Assembly: GCA_963714295.1 (NCBI GenBank) | Contig: CAVQOE010000031.1 | Span: 197,251 to 261,250, forward strand | Direction: 5' to 3' | Length of the DNA: 64,000 bases | Source: an uncultured Actinomycetota bacterium | GTDB lineage: Bacteria; Actinomycetota; Actinomycetes; Streptosporangiales; Streptosporangiaceae | Shown here: positions 57,151 through 64,000 of the stretch, one piece after another | Layout: each line of letters begins with the position of its first letter | How positions within the stretch are numbered: the stretch's first letter is position 1 | Program-made: the position numbers and the translations under genes | The notes under the pieces: model-generated | What the model was told of the DNA's origin: nothing | What the model saw: the letters and a program-made list of their open reading frames with translations, nothing else | Database searches by the model: none

Positions 57151-57975
57151 GTGAAAGGCAAGGATTTCGGGCACACGCAGGCACCCGAGCGGGCTGCCGG
57201 GTTTGACGACCAGCGCCGCCGGGGGGCGCCGCCGGCGCTGGTGGCCGACGCGCTCGACGCCGTCCTGGCGGCCCGCGTGGCGCAGACCGGCCGGGCGGTA
57301 CTCGATGTGGTCGACGTCGGCGCGGGGACCGGCGGGTTCGCGGTGCGGCTGGCCGCCCTCGGCCACCACGTCACCGTGGTGGACCCCAGCCCGGACGCGC
57401 TGGCCGCCGCGCGCTGGCGGGCGGCCGAGCTCGGCGTCACCCTGACCGCCGTCCAGGGCGAGGCGGGCGACCTCGCCGGGCTGGTCGGTGCGGGCACGGC
57501 GGACCTCGTGGTCTGCCACAACGTGCTTGAGTACGTCGATTCGCCCGCCGCCGCGATGGCCGCCGTCGCCGCGGTGCTGCGGGCCGGCGGCACCGTCAGC
57601 GTGCTCGCCGCCAACGTGGTCGCGGCGGTGCTGCAGCGCGCGCTGGCCGGCCGCTACGACGAGGCGCGCCGCCTGCTCGAGGCGCATTCGCCTTCCACCG
57701 AGCCGTTGGCCCCCGCCCCCGTCTCCGGCATCACCGAGCACCGCCGGTTCACCCTCCCGGGGCTCACCGCGCTCATCGAGCAGGCCGGCCTGCGGGTGGG
57801 CGAGGCGCAGGGGATCCGGGTCTTCGCCGGCCTGCTGCCCGGCGCCGGCGCCGACCCCAACGCCGCCGACGCGCTGCGCGACCTGGAGGCGGCCGCGGCC
57901 GGCTACCCGGCGCTGCGCGACATCGCCGCCCGGCTGCACGTCGTCGCCTTCCGGGGGGAGGACCCGCCTGCCTGA
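57151..57975 (+). CDS. Class I SAM-dependent methyltransferase
   Basis: [30 protein letters not shown]; conserved position before dinB. Confidence 0.9.
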   Translation: MKGKDFGHTQAPERAAGFDDQRRRGAPPALVADALDAVLAARVAQTGRAVLDVVDVGAGTGGFAVRLAALGHHVTVVDPSPDALAAARWRAAELGVTLTAVQGEAGDLAGLVGAGTADLVVCHNVLEYVDSPAAAMAAVAAVLRAGGTVSVLAANVVAAVLQRALAGRYDEARRLLEAHSPSTEPLAPAPVSGITEHRRFTLPGLTALIEQAGLRVGEAQGIRVFAGLLPGAGADPNAADALRDLEAAAAGYPALRDIAARLHVVAFRGEDPPA

Positions 57976-59234
57976 CAGCCAACTGCCTGACGACACTGGC
58001 TGCCGCATCCTGCACGTCGACATGGACGCCTTCTACGCCAGCGTGGAGCTGCGCGACCGGCCGGAGCTGCAGGGCAGGCCGGTAGTGGTGGCCGGCCTGG
58101 GGCCGCGCAGCGTGGTGCTGTCGGCCACCTACCCGGCACGGACGTTCGGCGTCCGCTCGGCGATGCCGGTCGGCCGGGCGCGGGGGCTGTGCCCGCAGGC
58201 GATCTTCATCCCGCCCCGGCACGACCTCTACGCGCAGGTCTCGCGGGAGGTGATGGCGATCTTCCGCGCGATCACCCCCGAGGTGGAGCCGCTCTCCCTC
58301 GACGAGGCGTTCCTCGACGTGGCCGGCGCGGTCCGTCGGCTGGGCCCGCCGCGGGTGATCGCGGAGCTGATCCGGGCGCAGGTGCGCGAGCAGCAGTCCA
58401 TCAGCTGCTCGGTCGGGATCGCGCCGGTCAAGTTCGTGGCCAAGATCGCGTCGGCCCGCTGCAAGCCCGACGGCCTGCTGGTGGTTCCGGCCGACGGCCT
58501 GCTCGGGCTTCCTGCACCCGCTGCCGGCCTCCGCCCTGTGGGGGGTGGGCGGCCACGCCGAGCAGGTGCTCGGCCGGCTGGGCCTGCGCACGGTGGGTGA
58601 TATCGCGCACGTTTCGCAGGCCACCATGCGCCGGGAGCTCGGCGCGGCGGGCGAGCAGCTGTGGAATCTGGCCTGGGGCAGGGACGAGCGCCGGGTGACC
58701 CCGGGCCGGGAGGAGAAGAGCGTTGGCGCCGAAGAAACATTCGATACCGACGTCGATGACCCGGAGGTGATCCGCCGGGAACTGCTGCGGCTGTCCGGCC
58801 GGACGGCGCGGGCGCTGCGCGGGGCCGGGTGCGTCGCGCGGACGGTGACGGTCAAGCTCCGCCTGGCCAGCTTCAAGACAATAACCAGGTCACGGACCCT
58901 GGCCGAGCCGACGGACGTGGCCCGGGAGATCTACGCGACCGCGCGGGCGCTGTATGAGGGGTCCGGACTGGATGCCCGGGCGCGACTGCGGCTGGTCGGC
59001 GTCCGGGCGACCGGCCTGCGGCCGGCCGAGGGCGCCGCGCGGCAGCTCGCGTTCGACGACCGCCCGGTTGGCTGGCGCGAGGCGGAGCAGGCGGTGGACC
59101 GGATCGCCCGGCGATTCGGCACCGATGCGGTCCGGCCGGCCACCCTGCTGAGACCTTCTGGCGAAGGTCCGGCAGACACCTCTTCCACGGCACGTGATGA
59201 GCCTCGTATTCTGGGAAATGAACCTGGTAGCTAA
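57968..59234 (+). CDS. dinB: DNA polymerase IV (frameshift near 58505; apparent CTG start)
   Basis: [49 protein letters not shown]. Confidence 0.95.
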
Positions 59235-59280
59235 GTGAGGTGAAAGTCACCCCACCCCCCGGGTTCCCATGGGAGGCGTC

Positions 59281-59715
59281 GTGCCGCTCTCTGAGCATGA
59301 GCAGCGTCAGCTCGAGCAGATCGAGCAGGCGCTCTACAGGGAGGATCGGAGGCTAGTCCGTCTAGTTCGCTCCAGCGATCCGCACGTGCATTACCGGCGT
59401 CGGGTGATAACGGCGCTCATCGGTCTGGTTCTTGGCGCGGGGATGGTAGCCGCCGGGATTGTGCTGCCGCATCTGCTCGGCCTGGCGGTCGGCGGGTTCG
59501 TCGTCATGCTGCTGTCCGGCGTCTGGGCGCTGAGCAGCTGGCGGCAGATGGCCACCGTCACCGTCGGCGGGGCGGCTCGCGCTCCGGTCGGCAAGCGCCG
59601 ATCACGGCGTTCGCGGCACAGCAGCCGGGGCAGCCGTGGCCAGACTCCCCGCCCCTCCATGATGGAGCGGCTTGATGAGCGCTGGCGCAGGCGGCAAGAG
59701 GGCGGCGGCCGCTAG
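59281..59715 (+). CDS. DUF3040 membrane protein
   Basis: MPLSEHEQRQLEQIEQAL, two TMs, MERLDERWRRR. Confidence 0.9.
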   Translation: MPLSEHEQRQLEQIEQALYREDRRLVRLVRSSDPHVHYRRRVITALIGLVLGAGMVAAGIVLPHLLGLAVGGFVVMLLSGVWALSSWRQMATVTVGGAARAPVGKRRSRRSRHSSRGSRGQTPRPSMMERLDERWRRRQEGGGR

Positions 59716-62174
59716 GAAGCCCCGGTCCGGAACCGGCCAAGCCAGTCCGGCGTCAGGCGGCTGAAGATGTCGGCCGCCTGCGCAGTCGCGTTCAGGGCGG
59801 GCCCGGTCACCGAGGCCGGCAGCAGCCTGCCGCGCCACCTGACCGGGCGGGGCGCGGCGACGGCGATGGCCCGCCGCACCGTGACGCTGTCCTGCCGCAG
59901 GCCGGAGCCGCTGGCGGGCCGCGCGGAGTACCTGGCCCGTTCCTCCGCCATGGCGATGCGGCCGAGCGCGGCCAGGGCTGGCTCGCGCCAGCGCCAGCTC
60001 GGTGCCCGCCCGGCTCGCCACCGCGCGCGGCGACTCGCTCGGCAGACCGCCGGCACCGTAGTCCAGCAGGTCATCGCGCAGCTCGTCCCAGGCCGCATGC
60101 GCCCACTCCACGTCCCGGCGGCCCAACCCGACGGGCTGGCCGCGGCCCCGCCCGTCCCGGCCGCCACCGCGCCGCCGCCAGCGCCGCCTCCTGATCACCT
60201 GCCGCGCCGTCCACGGGGCCGCCAGCCCGACGACGGCCAGCCCCGCCAGCACCAGGCCGAAGACCTCCCATGGGTTCACTCCCGGCGCCCGCGCGGGCGC
60301 GGCGTTGTCGCCGGTGTTGTGGCCGGGGTTTCCCTCGCCGAGCGCGCTGCGGATGTTGGACGGGTGGCCGGTCTTGCTGCCGTTGCCGCCCGCGGTTGGC
60401 GCCGAGGTCGGTTCCGGGTGCGTGGTGCCGCCGAATGAACCGTTCGGCAGGTAGGCGTAGGTCGGCGCGTACGCGGTGCCCTGCCCGTTCGCGCCCGCGG
60501 GGGTCGGCTCGAAGCGCAGCCAGCCGAGCCCCTGGAAGTACAGTTCCGGCCAGGCGTGCGCGTCGTGGGTGGTGACCTGCCAGCTGTCGGTGCCGTCGGG
60601 GGTTCCCGAGGTGAAGCCGTAGGCGACCCGCGAGGGGATGCCGAGCAGCCGCGCGAGCACCGCCATGGCGTAGGAGAACTGCTGGCAGTACCCGCTTTTG
60701 GTCCGCTCGAGGAAGGTCGCCAGACCGCTCGCGCTGAGCACGGTCGGGGCCTTCAGGGTGTACTTGAATGTCCCGTCGGACAGCCAGTTCTGCAGTGCCA
60801 CGGCCTTCTCGAACGGAGTCGTGGCCCCGGCCCCGGCCGCGACCGACTCCGCCTGCGCGCGCAGCGGGTCGTAGGCCGCGGGCACTTGCAGGTAAGACTT
60901 GCTGATGGCGGCGGGCGGCGGCGGAGCGTCGTTGACCACCTGGGGCGTCAGCGAGTCGCTGGCGCTGAGGCTGGTGACCGAGTACGTCAGGCCGGCCCGC
61001 TGTCGGTGTCGAAGACCATCATCGTGGCCCGGTCGGCCTGCAGGTCCGCGGGAGCCCGGACCGAGACCGCCGGGTAGGGCACCGGCAGCGCGCCCAGGTC
61101 GTCGTCCCCGACGTCGCCGGCGATGGTGATCGTCTCGCTCACGTCGGCCCAGTAGGCCCGGCTGGCAAGCCCGGGCGGCGCGGGCATCGCCGGGTCGACG
61201 TGCACCTCCGTTTCCGGCTGGCGGACCAGCCGCCAGCCGGAATCGGTCAGCTCGTCGAGTACATAGATCTGCAGGTAGTCCGGGGCTGTTTGGGTGGTGG
61301 TGTAGCTGAGCACGTTGGCCGGCTTGGAGTTGAGCTCGGAGTTGAGCTGCTGGGAGAGCGTCGTGTCGTCGCCGGGGAACCCGACGCCGGCCCCGCCGCC
61401 GGGGCCGGCCCCGGGCCGGCCGCCGATCCCCTGCTGACCGCCGAACAGCCGGGTCACGTGCAGCCCGGGGATCACCAGCGGCAGGAACAGGGCGAGCACC
61501 ACCGAGGCGAACCCGACCCGCCGCCCGGCCGCCGCCAGCGCCCGGGTGTCGGGGGCGGCGTCGCGGTGGTGCTCGGACGGGTCCTGCTGCTCCCACTCCC
61601 TGATGCGGTCCTTGCCCTCGCTGCTGAGCAGGGCCAGGTAGCCGCCCACGCCGGCGCAGAAGGCCACGGTGGTGCCGAGGAAGCCGCGGCCGATGCTGAG
61701 CGTGAACGGCTCCACGAACAGCAGCAGCAGCGGCAGGCCGGCCAGCGCGGCGCTGCCCAGCCGGACCGCGATCCAGTCGGTCAGCAGCGCCGCGATCCCG
61801 ATGCCGCTGGCGGCCAGCAGCACCATGCCGCGTAGCTCGGGGACCGGGGGAGCGTACCTGGACGCCTCGGAGAACCCCAGGCTGGCCAGGTCCCAGAGCT
61901 GCCGGGCGGAGGCGGGCGTCGGCAGCAGGTGCAGCAGCGACTTGGCGCTGGAGAACGCCAGGTTCAGGTAGAGCAGCAGCGCGACCAGGCCGCCGAGCAG
62001 GCAGACGGGCTCGGGCAGCCGCCGCACCCTGGTCGCCGTGCCGGCCGCCGCCACCACGGCGATCGAGCCGAGCCCGGCGATGAACCAGAGACCCCCGGTG
62101 AAAATGGGGTAAAGCGACAGCGACGCCGCCGCGGTCGCGAGGGCGGCGGCCAGCGTCCGCCGGTGGCTCGCCAT
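59712..62174 (-). CDS. DUF3488/transglutaminase-like membrane protein (frameshifts near 60995 and 59985)
   Basis: N-terminal TM bundle; GYCQQFSYAMAVLAR.LGIPSRV..GF, AHAWPELYF.G.GW.RFEPTP catalytic motifs. Confidence 0.9.
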
Positions 62175-63415
62175 CACGCGTCCCCGGCCACTGCGCTGCC
62201 GCCAGCAGGGGCGCCGGCCGCGGCACGGCCGCGGACCACGCCCCGGTGCAGTTCCTGCCAGGCCGCGGGCAGCCGTTCGGCGTCGGTCACCACCGCGACC
62301 CGCCACCCGGCCCCGGTCAGCGCGCGGGCGCTGGGCGCGGCGGCCCGCTCGTTCTCGGACAAGATCAGCGCCAGGGCCGGCGCGTTGCCGCGCCGGGCGG
62401 CGGCCAGCTCCTGCGCCTGCCCGGCCGTCAGCTCACCGAGTACGGCGATGAGCTGCCCGTCGGCGCTGCCGAGGGCCTTGATCCCGGCGTCGAGCCGGAC
62501 GGCGCGGGAAGGCTGGAGCACGGCCAGCGTGTCGAGCAGCGTGTCGCGGAACGTCCCCTGCCGGGGCACCTCGCCCAGTTCGGTGACGAACCGGGCGTCG
62601 AATCCCTCGCCCGCCAGGTGCACCCCGATCGACGCGGCCGCGGTGACCGCCAGCTCGAACATGGTGGCGGAGTACCCGGTGCGCCTGCCGTCGAGGAAGA
62701 GCGACGCGGAGTTCCGCCAGAACTGCTCCTCGCGGCGGACCATCAGCTCGCCGTAGCGCGCGGTGGACCGCCAGTGCACGCGGTGCAGGCTGTCGCCGGT
62801 GCGGTAGGCACGGGGGGCCGCGTCGTCGTCGCCGCTGGCGGCGATGGACCGCCTGCCGCTGTCGCTGTCGCCGAGCCAGCTGCCGGCCAGCGGCGGCTTC
62901 GACAGCGGCACGATGGCCGGTGTGACGGTCAGCGTCGAGGTGGAGGTGAACGCCCGGGTGATCGAGACCAGGCCGAAGGAGTCGGCCACCCGCACCCGCA
63001 GCGGCCCGATGGTGTACTTGCCCCGGGTCTCCGCCCCGAGCTCGTAGGTGTATTCGCGCGATCCGCCGCCGGCGATCCCCTCGAACACGAACCGGGGCCG
63101 GGACCCGAGCGCGTAGGGCACGGTGTCGTCGGCCAGCAGCAGCCCGGTACGCAGCCGGGAGACGTTGACCAGGCGGACGGTCACCGCGGAGGTCTGCCCG
63201 GCGGGCAGCCGGGCCGGGCTCACCTGGCGGACGCAGGACAGCCGGTACCTGGCCCGGCCCGCGCCGAAGGCGGACAGCAGCGGGAGCGCCAGCATGACCG
63301 CCCCGATCCGCAGCAGGTCGGGCTCGGGGATGAGCAGACCGCAGATCACGGCCGCCGCCCCGGCGGTGACGAAGGACCTGCCGCGTACCGTCAGCCCGCC
63401 CAAAAGCGTGCGCAT
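62174..63415 (-). CDS. DUF58 family protein
   Basis: LTVRGR, RGKY.IGPL, R.YR.GD.L.RVHWRSTAR.GELMVRREE. Confidence 0.92.
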   Translation of the reverse strand: MRTLLGGLTVRGRSFVTAGAAAVICGLLIPEPDLLRIGAVMLALPLLSAFGAGRARYRLSCVRQVSPARLPAGQTSAVTVRLVNVSRLRTGLLLADDTVPYALGSRPRFVFEGIAGGGSREYTYELGAETRGKYTIGPLRVRVADSFGLVSITRAFTSTSTLTVTPAIVPLSKPPLAGSWLGDSDSGRRSIAASGDDDAAPRAYRTGDSLHRVHWRSTARYGELMVRREEQFWRNSASLFLDGRRTGYSATMFELAVTAAASIGVHLAGEGFDARFVTELGEVPRQGTFRDTLLDTLAVLQPSRAVRLDAGIKALGSADGQLIAVLGELTAGQAQELAAARRGNAPALALILSENERAAAPSARALTGAGWRVAVVTDAERLPAAWQELHRGVVRGRAAAGAPAGGSAVAGDA

Positions 63416-63432
63416 GGCCTGGCCAGCCCCCG

Positions 63433-64000
63433 TCAGGGCTTCGGCAGCGGGGTCTGCGCGACCAGCCGGGCGACCACCTGCTCGGGCGGATGCCGCTCGA
63501 CCAGCGCCTCGGCGGTCGGCAGCAGCCGGTGCGCGAGAACCGGGACCGCGAGGGCCTGGATGTCGTCGGGGATGACGTAGTCCCGGCCGTCAAGCGCGGC
63601 CCGTGCGCGGCGACGCGCGCAGCAGCTGGAGGGCGGCCCGCGGCGAGGCGCCGAGCCGCAGCTCGGGCGCGGACCTGGTGGCCGCGGCCAGCGCGATGAT
63701 GTACTCCTTCACCTGCCCGGTGACCAGCACCCCGCGCACCGCGGCGATGAGCTCGCGCACCTCGACTGCGGTGGCGACCGGCTTGAGCTGGTCAAGCGGC
63801 GACGAGGAGCCGTGCGTGTCGAGCATCTCCAGCTCCGCCGAAGCGGTGGGGTAGCCCATCGAGATACGCGCGGTGAACCGGTCGCGCTGCGCCTCGGGCA
63901 GCGGGTAGGTGCCTTCCATCTCGATCGGGTTCTGGGTGGCGACGACCAGGAACGGCGCCTCCAGCAGGTAGGTGGTGCCGTCCACGGTCACCTGCCGCTC
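63433..64000 (-). CDS. MoxR family AAA+ ATPase (partial; frameshift near 63605)
   Basis: VVATQNPIEMEGTYPLPEAQRDRF, LGASPRA, DYVIPDD. Confidence 0.93.

Overview
High-GC actinobacterial chromosome segment (gene content and style suggest a filamentous Streptosporangiales-like organism; this is inference). Most of it is conserved housekeeping backbone: carB-pyrK-pyrD-pyrF-mihF-gmk-rpoZ-coaBC-metK-priA-def-fmt-rsmB-rpe, then FMN riboswitch-ribE-ribBA-ribH-hisG, aroCKBQ-pepQ-efp-nusB, and dinB-DUF3040-transglutaminase-DUF58-MoxR. Many single-base indels split genes, including core genes such as ribBA and ribH, so most frameshifts are probably long-read errors. The standout is a ~13.6 kb accessory cluster (21902-35469) between rpe and the riboflavin operon. 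It encodes a 2-TM channel-like protein with two RCK/TrkA-N domains and C-terminal ryanodine-receptor (RyR) repeats, a stand-alone RyR-repeat protein, and four TIR-TM-beta-propeller receptor-like proteins, one with a degenerate TIR. This looks like a candidate TIR second-messenger / RyR-gated channel signalling or defence system. All domain calls come from motif recognition by eye; no database searches were run.
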